Part shown: positions 1 through 12,994 of the stretch, one piece after another
Numbering within the stretch: the first letter of the stretch is position 1
How the letters are laid out: every line of letters begins with the position of its first letter
Assembly (NCBI GenBank): GCA_003427395.1
Contig: BFEA01000015.1
Location: 4,594,501 to 4,658,500, forward strand
DNA length: 64,000 bases
DNA from: Chara braunii
Taxonomy: Eukaryota; Plantae; Charophyceae
Direction of reading: 5' to 3'
Translations under genes and position numbers: made by a program
Notes under the pieces: generated by a model
Told to the model about the DNA's origin: nothing
Databases searched by the model: none
What the model saw: only the letters and a program-made list of their open reading frames with translations

Positions 1-578
1 GCAGGCAGTGTCTATAATAGTACCATGCATCAGCCCAAAGGAGTGTGTGTCCAGCCGTGCGTCAATCTAATGCCCTGCCAGTGTCCATGCGCAAGGCTGC
101 GGGGTTTTGAACCCACAACTTTATACCACAATGCGCATTTCCAAATGCGGACATCACACCTTACTTCTTTCCCCTTCGTTGATGACCAAACCGCTAGTCT
201 AAGATTGTCGTTGTTGTTGTTGTTGTTGTTGTTGTTTGTTTCTCTTTTCTTTCCAATTTGAAACCACTAGGTTGTAGAGGGGGGGGGAGAGGGGAAGATT
301 GTAGAAAATGTGTCATTAATCAAATGAGCTGAGTTTTCTTGTCAAAAAAGAAAAAACAAAAGAAAAATTGTCATTTTTGCGGCAGGGGTGCAGGGCGGGG
401 GGAAATTAAATTAAACAGACACACATATCCCCCCCCCCCCCCCAACCTCCGCCCCCGGCCTTCGTAAGGGAAAATGAACGGAGCAACGGGCAAGACCCCG
501 TAATGATGAGATTAACAAGAATTTCCATCTGCTGATTCTGCTCATAACAGAAGATCTCATTAGTGGACGGCGAGTGTA

Positions 579-924
579 CACATTGTCAGTGCCATTTCAA
601 TTTCCATCTGCCAAATGGTGGCCTACACTCCCAGCATACCATGGACTAAATGGCAGTGGAGGAGTGGCATCTACAGGGGAGAGTCTCACCTATGACAACC
701 TGGGAGAGCAGTGTGAGGAGGAGAAAGCAAGCTAATGAACGAAATGGGGGCCACATTGTCAGTGCCATTTCAATTTCCATCTGCCAAATGGTGGCCTACA
801 CTCCCAGCATACCATGGACTAAATGGCAGTGGCGGAGTGTCATCTACAGGGGAGAGTCTCACCTATGACAACCTGGGAGAGCAGTGTGAGGAGGAGAAAG
901 CAAGCTAATGAACGAAATGGGGGC
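579..924. repeat. Tandem duplication, 2 x 173 bp
   Basis: CACATTGTCAGTGCC...GAAATGGGGGC starts at 579 and again at 752; copies nearly identical. Confidence 0.95.
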
Positions 925-1098
925 CTGCGGACGAGGTTGTGAGAATACCAGGGGCAGGCTTGGAAGCGTCGCCAATAATTTGACCGGAGTACAAATCTTG
1001 CTATGGGGCCTGTGGGCCATGGCAGTTTTGGACCTCTGAATGGTCGGACCTTCAGCAATTGACCTATTGGGGAGAGCGGTATGGATGTGACGTAGGTA

Positions 1099-1255
1099 CC
1101 TGGGGCCAAGCCCCACTAGCAGCGTTGAGTTTCCTCAATGCCCGAACCTGGATGTGTTTGTGGAGATGTGCAGAAAATCGATTTGAGTTTCCTCAACAGC
1201 ACATCTCCACAGGGTGTTGAGGAAATTCAACACTGCTAGTGGGACTTGGCCCCTG
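1099..1255. repeat. Long imperfect inverted repeat (foldback/MITE-like relic)
   Basis: 1099-1143 is the reverse complement of 1212-1255 with a few mismatches; inner arms TGTGGAGATGTGC/GCACATCTCCACA. Confidence 0.75.
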
Positions 1256-1903
1256 GAGTGCACTTTCCTTGAGGAGAAATCATGCAGGACAACAAGTACC
1301 TTTCTCAGCTACCGATGCCGAGCCTAAATCGCCCTGCGAGCCAAAAGAAATTGAACCTGCACGGGCCTCATTTTGGCTGGCACCACCAGCCATTTCGGTC
1401 CGGTAGCGCCAATCCCCGCTTGCTCCCAACGGGTCTGGGTACTGGGGGTTTAAACACCAGTACTTGGCCGAGCTATCGGCCGCGGGAAAAGAATAGAGTA
1501 CAAACGTTTCTAGTCGGATGAATTTGGGCGCTGCTGTAGTTGCCCGTACGTTTCCTAAAATTGTGACGCCGACCCTCCGGCGGACGACGGCCGCGTCGGT
1601 TGGCGGTACCTTAGCGCGCTTATATGCGCTAAGGCAGAGCTGACGCAGAGGAGGCAACGATGCTATCGAAAATGCCGAGGTTAACACCTCGGGAGTTAGC
1701 CGCGAGAAGCCGCCGGCGCGTGAGTTATGGACGAGCTGAGGGGAAATCCTTCGAAGTAACTCTGCTCCCGCGTGGTATGTCTAGTACTGCGTTTCCCCTT
1801 GAGAAGATCCTGGGGCAGGGAGAGGCTGTCAGCCGGGGAAGTCTGCCAGGAGCTTTGAAGATGGATTTCATTCGTTGGCAGGGCATGCCCATGCGAGACT
1901 GGG

Positions 1904-2081
1904 CTCCTTTACATGGAAGTTGACAGCAGCACCAGAGGGAGCAGTGGGAGAGCTCGCGACGGCGGTGGGAGTGCTGTCCATATTACCAAGGAGACAGGCT
2001 CGTTTACATGGAAGTTGACAGCAGCGCCAGAGGGAGCAGTGGGAGAGCTCGCGACGGCGGTGGGAGTGCTGTTCACATTAC
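1904..2081. repeat. Tandem duplication, period 95 bp
   Basis: TTTACATGGAAGTTGACAGCAGC...GGGAGTGCTGT occurs twice, units starting 1904 and 1999. Confidence 0.9.
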
Positions 2082-5000
2082 TCATCTGGTAAATTGCTAG
2101 AGTTGATGAACTTTTCTGGATTCCTGAGGCAGATCAGTTGATGTGGCGACTAGATCCATCTGAATCCTTAGTGAATTTAACTGATGAGAGTTTTCATGCA
2201 CAAGTGCTGGAAGGCTACTGTGCGATTCTTTTCCCCGATAGTTGGTGGTCAATCTTCTTCTTAGGGCATCTTTCCACTGGTTCTCTTACAGTGCTCAGGT
2301 TCTGATCCAGAAATGGTTAGGGGCAAAAGGAAACCCGGACTATAGGTGTGTTAGTGTCGACGGGACGGGCCGCGACCGAGCGGCGACTAGGTGCGCTAAA
2401 GCTAGCGCTAATCTCAAACGGAACTTCTTCGTCTTCGTCATCCCCGAGGAGATAGGTGCCAAGAAGGCGCTGGGCTTAGTCCCCAGGGTCGCGTGAGTTT
2501 CGCAAGGATTTTGAGAGATTTTTCAGCCGTTTGCGAGCTCTTACTTCCGCGTGGTATGCAATGTACTACGTTCCCCCCGGAGAAGATCCGGCGGCAGGAA
2601 GCAGCCGTCAGCCTCATGAGAAAGTAAGATAAGGGATGGGGAGGAGGTTTGATTTCTTTTCCCCTCCCTAAACCTACCTCGCCGGGCTCTCATGCCCCTA
2701 CCTCGCCTGGACCCGTCCGGTGCTCCCCAACGAAGAATGAAGACTGTGCTTCTTTGAAGACAGTTGTCGAGTAGGAGCGGGAAGATCTGAAGCTCTACGG
2801 GCGGCGCTGAGCATTATCCAAGCCTTTTCTTGCACAAAATAGTTAGAGTGCATTAACTTAGTCATACTCTTTGCTATTCTTCATCTTGAGGATGTGTGCA
2901 TCACTCTTTGGCTTCGTTTATCATTCCTTGTTTATTTTAACGTGATTCACTGTCTAAGAACTTACCATGTACCTAGTCACTAGTCTAGGGAAGATTCGTT
3001 ACATCTTGTGAATTCTACTCCCATAAGTTCATTAGGTCCTTTTATTTCATTGGGATCTGCCATTCGTTGCTCTCAGGTGCACGGTGGTTGGACCGTTTTC
3101 AAAAGGGAGATCTGTTGGTTGAGAGCTGTCGTTCAGGGCTCTCCTCTCCGCTGCGGTTGGATCGTTCGTTCTGCTCTCTAGCGTGGTTGGATGGTTTTGC
3201 CCCGGTTGTCTCACTTTCAGTATTGTAGGATTTATAATGCATCAAAGTACGATTTAAGGGTAGATGCACTCAATAATATTCTTGTGAATTTTCTCACTTG
3301 ATCATAAGTAAGGTTGGTCTTTCGCTGTTTCCATCTTCACTATGGGTGGATCACTTCGCTCTGTTTGTTTTTGTATTCAATATTGTAGGAGCTACAAACT
3401 CAGGGTATCTGAAGTGCATTTGGGTCATTTGAACTTAGCAACATACCTGTGCCATCTTCATATGCATAGTACCTGGCCACAGTTTCACGGGTTTATTTGA
3501 GCTCTGCTGAATTTCTGTTGTTTACGACTCCGTAACTGGTCTTTTGGCTTGTTGCTCACGATTTGGGTTCAGTGATAATGGATGTTCATAGATCCAGAAA
3601 AAGCTTTGGTTCGTACCCAGGAGATACGTCATCCCGAGGCTCTGGTTGGAACAATGTGATTTGGACTCTAGATGAATATGTAATATGGTGATCCTTATTT
3701 GAGTTGAGTAGTCTGGGCTGTTGGTCACAGGAATGGAGACAGTGCCAATCGAGCCTATACTCTCCCTAGCGGCGCTGTTGTGGACAGTAGGAGAGTCTGC
3801 AGCAGCAGTGGGAGTGCATCGGCCCTACTGTGGAAATTGCTTGATCTGCTCGTTAGGTGAATCCTTTTCTGGAACTCTCCAGATTCCTCTCTAGCTCAAA
3901 ATCTGTTATCCTGCTTGTTCATTAGAGTATATGACTACTATAATCTCAAAGAAGCGGCGTTTATATTTTCGGGAAACGATATATGATCGGGACTAGATCC
4001 GTCGTAGTGGGAGACAGATTTACAGATTGGTGAAGTGTTCTGACTTGTAGCTACAAAGGGTTTATTGTGTACCCTCAGTTTTGAGCTTGTTTCCAAGAGC
4101 TTGACGGGTTCCTTGCACAACTGGAGGTTGGCCTTTAACCCTTGGTACCTCGTTAAGTTTTGCAGGTAAGGGCCATGTTCTGTATGTCACTTTGATAACG
4201 TTCCTTGGCCTCTGGTTTTTAGTACGAAGCTCGGGGCATTTTGCTAGGCCTTTGGAAGCTAGCTCCTTTTACTGTGCTTCAAGCTATTTTTTGGAAAGCC
4301 TGTTTAGAGGGGGACGCTGGACCCAGTTTCCAGCAAAAGCGGTCTTGGGCAGATGGAGTACAAGAGCTGTCTTTACACATCTTGGGTGCTGCTCTTAAGC
4401 GAAACTGGCTGAGGCTGCCAGGATAACTCCGGGTTGAATTGTGAGGTCCCCGGCCTCCCTGATTTGGCTTTTGCAATAAAATTTTCAAGCTTTCCAAAAA
4501 AAAAAAAATTGTGACGCAGTAACGGGCACTACTCTAGGAAGTACTGGTGGTGCTGATTCTCGAATGCACCAATCGGTGTTGCTCAGGTACACCCTTAAAC
4601 TGTTGAAATATAGACCTGTGAATCTCATTGGAATCCCAGGACCCGCCAAGTTCAAGGATAATATCTGAAGGCCATTGACCTTCAAAAAAAAAAAAAGAAT
4701 CAAGGATAATATCTAAATGCCATTGACCCTTTTTTGTCGTCTGCTACTCCTCTATTTTTGGTTTTGAACCCAGGGACGCTGGACCCAGTTTCCAGCAGGT
4801 GCTGCTTCCCAAGTTCCCACCAATAGATTGGAGCCGTCTGCAATGGCCGGCTATCAATGCTGGTATGGCTCTGGCTAGGAACACTGCATCATAGCTGCAG
4901 CCCAGAAGCCATCAACAGAGCCCTAAATTCTCAGTGTTTTTTCAGGGTCATTATCGCAAACGTCCCACACCATATTTTTTTTTTTTAACGAACAACCCAA

Positions 5001-5708
5001 GTGGCTGCTCAAACGTCCCACACCTAATAAACCAACAGCAAAAAAAAGAAGTGAGAAAATGGATAAAGTGTGTTTTCATGCAAAATTCGCTCTTTTCAGT
5101 TTTCAGGATTTCGGAGGCTGTCCAAAACAGTAATCTCCAAGGCTCCAACAAATACCAAACTCAGCACACACAGACCTTGACCAAACATAGTGGGGGGTGG
5201 GAGGGGGGGGGGGACAGAAGAAATTTGGTCCCACCATCTCCTTACTCAGGATAGAAGAGGGGCACTGCTGGAAGATGTCCTCAATTGTCACTACTCTCTT
5301 CGACGTGGGGTAAGCAATACTAGGCATGTAGGCACCGTTGGCACCAGGGGAGAGCCCGACCTTGTTGTTCAAGGCATGTATGGCCAAGGAGTCGGTTGTT
5401 AGTTCGGCAACGATGAGCAATCTTCTTCTTCTTCTTTTTTTTTTTTTTTTTTTTTTTTCTTAAGTAAAGACTCTGCAGAATCTAATAGGGTGGGTGATAC
5501 GAGCAGCCCATCCTACTAAACCTGCTCGGTCACTCCATCCATTGGTGGAGAGCTGCACCTGCTGGAAACCGCATCCAGCGTCCCTCAATTACAATTGGAG
5601 ATGCTGAAATTGTATAGATCGTGAATGATGCTAGGATAGTCAACATTCCTCTTGTGGAGGTAAACATAGCCTCTTCACCCAATTAAGGGTGCCAGATCAA
5701 TCTGCCAC

Positions 5709-6059
5709 TGTGACGGACGCGCCGAGATGGTGGTCCGTCAGGATCAAGACGAAGGGATGAGGATGGCGGAGATGAAGATGGAGCTGGAAGGGACAGCGCA
5801 GCTCCAATGCAGACTAAACACGCACGTACTCCAAACTGTGAAAATGACGAATGAGATCAGAAACAGACTACAGTTGGGGTATACCACCAGTGGACTGTTT
5901 GGACTGGACTGGTACCGACAATGGTATTGGGCGGGGCTGGACTGGACTGAATGAGCACACGGCCTGTGAGGTCATGGCACGGCCTAGTCCCACAGGTTGA
6001 ACAGACAAAATAGCCAGATAGCCCCGGTTCTAGGCCAGGGCAGCCAGAGGCACTCTGCA
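5709..6059 (-). repeat. 3' LTR of the gypsy element
   Basis: TGTGACGGAC...CTCTGCA aligns with 16131-16493 and 24732-25092; homology stops at TGCA. Confidence 0.85.
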
Positions 6060-6841
6060 CGATCCTCAGACCCGTTGTAGATCGTGAGAGTCGTAACATG
6101 CTTCTGCAAAAGCAACGGTGTTGTGTCGTTGAACCAGTAAGAGTAGGATGGTCTCAGAGGAGGTGAATGCAACCTAAAAAGCAAAACTCCTAAGAGCAGT
6201 CACACAAAAAGATGGGATAGGTTATCAGGCTCAGGGCGAGGGAGTAGGAGCGAAACAAAATCAATGACCCTAACAGATAGACCATCAAGGCGGGTAATGC
6301 TCGACAAAAGGTGATACCATGCAGGGTCGACCATGAAAAGGGAGTTTAGAATAGGGTGGGGATATGCATAACTGAAGGTATGCAATGACCGGCACTAGGG
6401 TGATGAAGTTAGTGGGTGAGAGAAACATAGACACAACTCACCGATTTGGGAGGAAGTCGGATCCAGGAGCAGGGAAGCCAAGATAACGCTACGGTCTCAA
6501 TGCCTATGTGATACCAAGGGAGAGTCCAACTTAGGGAGACCCAACTAAGTGAGAAACACCATGCAACACATACAAGGGAATGCACAAGGTATCGTGGTGG
6601 CTTGAAATACTCACGTCCAAAGTAGTTGAAACCGATAAGGTAGTTGAAGTAGCCAAAGTGGTCGATAACATCGATGAAGTAGGAGTCGAATCGATGTCGA
6701 AGCAGAGCCGCGAAACGCAGACATCCTCAAAAAACTGATGATGGAGTACACAATAGTGTGAGTCGGTGGTAGGAGATAGGAAGGTGATAAGAATGTCAGT
6801 CGACGAGTACGCTGTGGATGCGCGAAGGTGTTCGTTTGCTG

Positions 6842-7378
6842 CTAAAGAACGACCTCACAAAGGGCGGGCTCGTCCTCTGCAATCTCCTCAACCGGAGGAG
6901 GAGGAGGAAGAGGGTCAATCGGTTGAGTAGGGGCCGACGTCTCAGCATGATGAGCACTATCATATGCATGCACCGACATCCAAGCGTGCTCCAAGTGCTC
7001 GAGGGGCCCCAAAGTAGCCTCCTCATCAGGATAGCCCTTCCAACCCACAAGGTACTCAATGTGTGGAGGGGTATCGCCTACAACTCGATGAGATACGATG
7101 TCGAAAATGACGAACTCCTCGTGATCGTCCACCATGATAGGTGGAGGGCATTCGTAAGGACGTCCGACAAATCGCTTGTACAATCTGCGATAAGGATGTA
7201 CTCGAGTTTGTCGAAGGTAATCAGACAACTCCACACGAAAGTTGACCGGACCAGAGACAGTATCAGAACCGACGGCCTGAAGTGTGCGGTATGGACCGAA
7301 GAAGCGACGCCTGAACTTGCGAAAGCGTATCCGCTTTGAGTTGCAAGTGACGGACATCGACGAGCTCATCTTCACCAA
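6842..7378 (-). pseudogene. pol: Integrase C-terminus (GPY/F motif) plus chromodomain
   Basis: RFFGPYR...VHP and EEFVIFDIVSHR...EYLVGWKGYPDEEAT-GPLEHL match the chromodomain pattern. Confidence 0.9.
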
Positions 7379-7699
7379 CTTTGAATGAGTGCTTCATTCG
7401 CAATCGGTTTGCTCGTGTGGTCATGCAAGTCTGGGAGACGACTAAACTCGCGTGTGCGCGCTTCATAATCGTCGTCATGTGTGTCATCCAAGCATTGGGC
7501 GGAGGACAACGAGTGTCTTTGCGCAACCACAAGGTCGAAGGAAGTCTGCGGGTATAGGAAGGTGGTAGTCGAGGTCGCAATAGAATGCTGATATCCCCAT
7601 AGCTAGCGAAACGGCGTGGTTGTACGCGATATCCACGTGGGCTAAGTATAAGACTCAATATCGGTCATCCCTAATAAACTTGCGGAGGATATTACCTGA

Positions 7700-8395
7700 G
7701 AGTTTTGTTGGTGACCTTGTGTAGGTGTCTGACCATCCGTTCGAGGGTGCGATGAGAAGCGGAGCTAGGATCCGTATACCTTGTGTAGGTGTCGCCATAA
7801 AGTGCTGGAAAAACGCGGGTCACGGTTGTAGATAATGCTCTAAGGTAAGTCGTGATCTTTCACGAATCCATCAAATACGATGTCGACGACCTCACGAACG
7901 CTAATGCAATAGCGGCACGAGACAAAACGTGCACGTTTAGTGAAGCAATCACCAACGACTAAGATAGTATCATAACCACGCTTGGTGGGAAGGCGGAGAG
8001 GATCATCAAATCTATCGAGATGGACTGCCAACGACCGTCATGTATGGATAAAGACTCAAGTAACCCATACGGAAGGTTTGGTGGTTCGCATTGTTCACCT
8101 TCTGGTTCGTAGGATACTCATGGATGTGGCTCCTGATGAATTCATTGTTCTCGCGCCAGACGTATAGGCGGCAAAAACGAGCCAACATCTTGTGGAAGCC
8201 CATATGACCGGCAGTTGCCTGGTCATGGAACTTGGCTACGGCCTGGACACGAAGTTGTCCAATGGAGGAAACGCAGATATGTGGTTCTAGCTGACCAGAT
8301 CTATCATGCCAGTACACGAGACCGTTCCCGGCAAGGGAGTACGAAAGAACGGTCTTGCCACGCCGCATTGTCGCGTGTATGTTGCAATAATCCAC
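7700..8395 (-). pseudogene. pol: Integrase zinc finger and core, frameshifted
   Basis: HDQATAGHMGFHKMLAR...YVW and GYDTILVVGDCFTKRARFVSC in different frames. Confidence 0.85.
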
Positions 8396-8556
8396 AAAGT
8401 GGCGTTATTGAATGTGATATGCATCGATAACTTACTGATCAACGGTGATGACGAAGGTGGCAGCAATATGGATGGGTTTCTGATTGTGGGCAGAACGGCG
8501 GGACAAGGCATCAACGACGCGGTTCATTTCACCCTTGAAATACTTAGTAGTGAAAC

Positions 8557-9100
8557 TTAACTCGGATAAATCACGCCACCAGTCTGTCTGTCGACGGAAA
8601 AGTTTAGGCTTTGTGAGGAAAGTTTGGACAATAAAGTGTTTGTGCGCACCGTGAAGGACGTCTCCTGTAGATAATATCGTTGGTGTCGGGTAGCATAAAC
8701 TACAGCGAGAACCTCACGTCCATCGGCAGTGTACAATATCTCGGCAGACAATAGCTGATGGGAGTAGAAACCGGTCGGGAATCCTCAGCACGATCCTCGA
8801 CAGTCCCATCCTCTGCAATGGTCGGGGAGTAAGTGACGAGAGGACTGTTAGTGGAGAGAAGTGGTGGAGTGATAGGTATCAGTCGAGAAGCAGTGTCAGC
8901 AAGAGGGGGGGGGGGAAGTGGGGAACATGGGGAATAAGAGGAATCGGAAGGAGTAAGAAACATCTGAGAAAGTACAACTCCTACTGTAAAATCTGATGCA
9001 TCGGTGCTGACTATGAAGGGTCGATGGAAATCGGGGAGGCGAAAAACCGGCACATAAGTCACCGTTTTATTGAAGGCGCGAAAAACATACCCACAGAGGG
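8557..9100 (-). pseudogene. pol: RNase H domain, with a Pro/Ser-rich insertion
   Basis: LPDFHRPFIVSTDASDFTVGVVLSQ and REVLAVVYATRHQRYYL...FTVRT. Confidence 0.88.
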
Positions 9101-9239
9101 GTGTCCAAAACCATAGCGGGTTCTTTCGGAGGAGGGTGGAGGTAAGGACGTAAGAGTAGCTGGTGTATCCTCGAATGAAGTCACTGTAGTAACTCGTAAG
9201 GTAGACAAAACATAGGAATAGTTCACTCCGCAATAGCAA

Positions 9240-9950
9240 TGATCTTCACGTCGTCCATGTGGAGACCCTGCTCAGATACATGGTGTCCTAAGAAGTCCAC
9301 TTTGCGTTGGGCAAAGCGGCACTTACTGAGCTTGACCAAAAACTCGTGCTTTCATAAGCACTGACAATCGCAGAGGTGTCTGAGGTGGTCTTCTAAGGTA
9401 CGACTGCAGACCAAAATGCCATCCAGGTACGCGAGAACATACTCTTCAAGGACGTCCCTAAAGATATCGTTCATCGTCGTCTGGAATGTGGAGGGTGCGT
9501 TGGTGAGGGCAAATGACATCATTGTGAACTCGTCGTGGCTGAAGCACAATCTAAAGGCAGTTTTCGATTGGTTCTCTTCTGTAACGTGTATCTGGTGAAA
9601 ACTGCTATGAAGATCGATCTTTGTAAAGAAGCGGTTACTTGCCATACAATCAAACGACTCATCCGCACGAGGCATGGGATAACTGTTTTAAATCGTATAA
9701 CGGTTATGGTTGCGGTAATCAACACATAGGTAGAGAGTTTCATTCACTTGGTGTGCGAAGAGGACGGGTCCACCCCTGGGAGAGTTACTGGGTTTAAAAA
9801 AACCCGGTCGAAGGAGCTCCTCAAACTGACGCTTGAGTTCCTTCGCCTCCGGGATCGAGAGTCGATAGGGTGCCTGAAGGTGGACGTAATAGTCAAGCAC
9901 GAGTTGGATAGAATACTCAACACCGCGTATTAGAGGGATCCTGTGGTACG
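9240..9950 (-). pseudogene. pol: Ty3/gypsy reverse transcriptase, frameshifted
   Basis: APYRLS...PSNSPRGGPVLF...LCVDYR; FTKIDLHSSFHQI...KTAF...LTNAPSTFQ...YLDGILV (YLDD decayed to YLDG). Confidence 0.92.
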
Positions 9951-10429
9951 AGAAATACAGGTAAAAAAAGTCGCGGTACTCTCGACTCAAGTCACAAATG
10001 GTGCGCTCTAGATCGGTCGGGAACCTCGTGAGTTCCTCAGCGTCTGCGTCATCACGAGACATATGTGTGAACTCTGCAGTAGACGACATAGGAACCTTGT
10101 ATGTCGAAGGGATATCCGCAGGCCGAGGGGAGGATGTAGAGATGGGGGTCACAAAGATGGAGAAATGATCACTGAGATCTGGCTCTGAGGAGGTGAGCTC
10201 GACGTCTGGACAGAGGGCATCTTAGCGAAGAAGATCTATGACGTTCACTAAGTAGAGGGTGACATCCTCCTAACGCAGGAAGTGAGCGAACTGGCGGGGG
10301 GTGGTGAAGGCAATCTATGGGTGAGACCCGAAAGGACAAGGGTCTTGGGAGGTAGGTCGAGAGAGGTGTCGCTCGTGGTACCAATGAAGGAGACTCGATA
10401 GGTCTGACCACACTTCGTTTTGAGAACGA

Positions 10430-10745
10430 GCGTCTCGGTCGCCCATTCGGCCTATGTGCCTTGGAACTTGCAAGACCAGGGAGTGTGAAGGATAAAGTTA
10501 TACCCAATCTCCAACACATCGAAGTACTATGTGGAGGAATGGTAGTGGTGAGACGCATGGGTACTATCCGGCAGCTGAAGGGTAAGTGAGAAGTGGAGGT
10601 CAGGGAGCGTCAGATCAAACAAGCGTTGCGTCTTGTTATCTCTGAGGGTAACGGGGATAGAAGAGCGAGACGCGGAGATAGCTAGACGAGTTTCCTCAAC
10701 CACATGGGGGTGAATGAAATCTCCCTGCGAGCAAGAGTCTCAAAC
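10430..10745 (-). pseudogene. pol: Aspartic protease relic
   Basis: Hand translation DSCSQGDFIHPHVVEE (decayed DSG motif); ORF segment downstream; expected position before RT. Confidence 0.6.
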
Positions 10746-11286
10746 TCGGTACACCCTCATAGATGTCTTGAGGCGAATGAGAATGATAGGGAGGGTGCGA
10801 TCAGGGTCTGAGAGCAGAGCGAAGAGACGGCGAATGACGTTTACATGTCTCATGAGTCACTCTTAACGAGTCTGAAGAATGCTCAAATCCAGGAGAGAAG
10901 ACACAACATCCTCGCGAGTCGCGAGCAAAGCACGAGTTGTGCGAATAGCGGGACGTGTCGGAAGTCGGAGGGGAAGGAGTGGATGCAGCGGTACTTTTTT
11001 GTTTGTCTAAATAAGTAATCAGTTCGGATAATGACAAGAAACTAGTTGATGAGAATGGTTTTCGGCAAGAACGTCTCAGTGCAAGTAAGGCAGCGTCCTC
11101 AAACACCCGAATGTGACGCTTCAGATCTGTCGATGCAGAGGACCTCAGCCTTCGGGTTTGGGTGACCCGATCTAAGGTGTCAAGCGCCATAGCGGTCCTG
11201 AAGAAAGACAGTGAAATCCGTGAAAGTGGGACCCTCACTCGTATGGATGTGATGGGTATAATAACTCTCTCACGCAGTGACCTCGC

Positions 11287-12386
11287 CTGTGTTGCCGCGC
11301 GTTCGTTGAACGCGGGTTCTGCGTTCATTTTTTGAACGAGTTGAATGCGTGTTCAAAGAACGCGGGTGAACGCTCTGAACGCGAACGCGCAGAGCACCAC
11401 CCACGTCGGGAGGCCCGTCGGGGGCGCTGGGGAGCGGCGGCGGTGCTTGGGAGGGTTGTGGGCAGTGTGGGGAGCGGCGGTGGTGCTTGGGGGGGGGTTG
11501 TGGGCCAATGCCGCAGGCGAAAAGGGCAAAAAAAAAAAAAAAAATAAATAAATAAATAAAGGATAAGGGACGTGCGCAATCCGAGTTATTTCAACACGTG
11601 GCTTTGTGTTTCTTGTTAAATGACGTTCGTCTTCNNNNNNNNNNNNNNNNNNNNNNNNNNNNNNNNNNNNNNNNNNNNNNNNNNNNNNNNNNNNNNNNNN
11701 NNNNNNNNNNNNNNNNNNNNNNNNNNNNNNNNNNNNNNNNNNNNNNNNNNNNNNNNNNNNNNNNNNNNNNNNNNNNNNNNNNNNNNNNNNNNNNNNNNNN
11801 NNNNNNNNNNNNNNNNNNNNNNNNNNNNNNNNNNNNNNNNNNNNNNNNNNNNNNNNNNNNNNNNNNNNNNNNNNNNNNNNNNNNNNNNNNNNNNNNNNNN
11901 NNNNNNNNNNNNNNNNNNNNNNNNNNNNNNNNNNNNNNNNNNNNNNNNNNNNNNNNNNNNNNNNNNNNNNNNNNNNNNNNNNNNNNNNNNNNNNNNNNNN
12001 NNNNNNNNNNNNNNNNNNNNNNNNNNNNNNNNNNNNNNNNNNNNNNNNNNNNNNNNNNNNNNNNNNNNNNNNNNNNNNNNNNNNNNNNNNNNNNNNNNNN
12101 NNNNNNNNNNNNNNNNNNNNNNNNNNNNNNNNNNNNNNNNNNNNNNNNNNNNNNNNNNNNNNNNNNNNNNNNNNNNNNNNNNNNNNNNNNNNCTTTCGGG
12201 GTTTGTTGAACGGGGCCCACCACCCCGTATTTCGCAACGCGCGCGCGCGCCCCCCGGGGTCGCGTTCAATTTTTTCGCGCCACGTGGCGCGCAGCGTGTT
12301 TGAACGTGATTGAACGCGGCCCCGGGGGTATGAACGCGCGCGTTTGAACGTGAACACACGTTCAGCGCGTTCAGCCGGTTACACAT
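11287..12386. mobile_element. hAT-like MITE spanning an N gap
   Basis: 8-bp TSD GACCTCGC (11279-11286, 12387-12394); imperfect TIR CTGTGTTGCCG/CGGTTACACAT; dense GCGTTC/GAACGC subterminal repeats. Confidence 0.75.
11635..12192. other. Assembly gap (others at 48726-48731, 51731-52000, 54388-54487)
   Basis: Runs of N; each lies inside a palindromic or microsatellite-bearing element. Confidence 0.95.
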
Positions 12387-12783
12387 GACCTCGCGATTTA
12401 GTTGTGAGCGTAGAGCACCACAACTTATGAATAGTGTGTGTTAGTGCTAGTGCGCACTTAGCTGCCTGCAACCAATGCGACACACAAAATGTACCATCAT
12501 AGTCGGGTATATCCGACAAACGCACGAGGGGGGGACCAATATGCTAACTGCGAGGGAGAGAGGTTGAGATGCCTGCACTGCAACGACAAAAATCGGGGGC
12601 GGTGCAGGGGTAGAAGTGAGAGCAACTTGGTGGCAAAAGGTCCAGCAAAGTGGAGGCAACGACCGCAGTTAGCTGTGATTTAAAGGTGAGGTAGGAGGGT
12701 AGAGGCGGAGGAGTCGGTCGAACGAAGCAAGCCTGCAAGACCGAAGTGGAAGGGGTAATAAAGGAAGATGAAGCCTGAGAACC

Positions 12784-12994
12784 GCCATTTCGTCAAAACG
12801 GACATTTTATACTTTTTGAACGAAATCAAAACTGTGTTTTTTTGCCCAAATCAGGTCCAATTTTTGGCTCCTGGGGCTCCCGTGTTCTAGGAACGTCGGA
12901 CCCCCAGGAGCCAAAAATTTGGACATGATTTTGGCCAAAAACGCAGTTTTTATTTTGTTCATAAAATATAAAATGTTCGTTTTGACGAAATGGC
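12784..12994. mobile_element. Palindromic MITE, same family as 48564-48891
   Basis: GCCATTTCGTCAAAACG...CGTTTTGACGAAATGGC; almost the whole element is an inverted repeat. Confidence 0.85.

Noticed and set aside
85-165. tRNA-Ser-like sequence on the minus strand
   Set aside because: Only a B-box-like motif and a 6-nt-loop hairpin; no D arm or acceptor stem.
11353-12386. ORFs spanning N runs (also 51351-52387 and 54204-54692)
   Set aside because: Gap artefacts.
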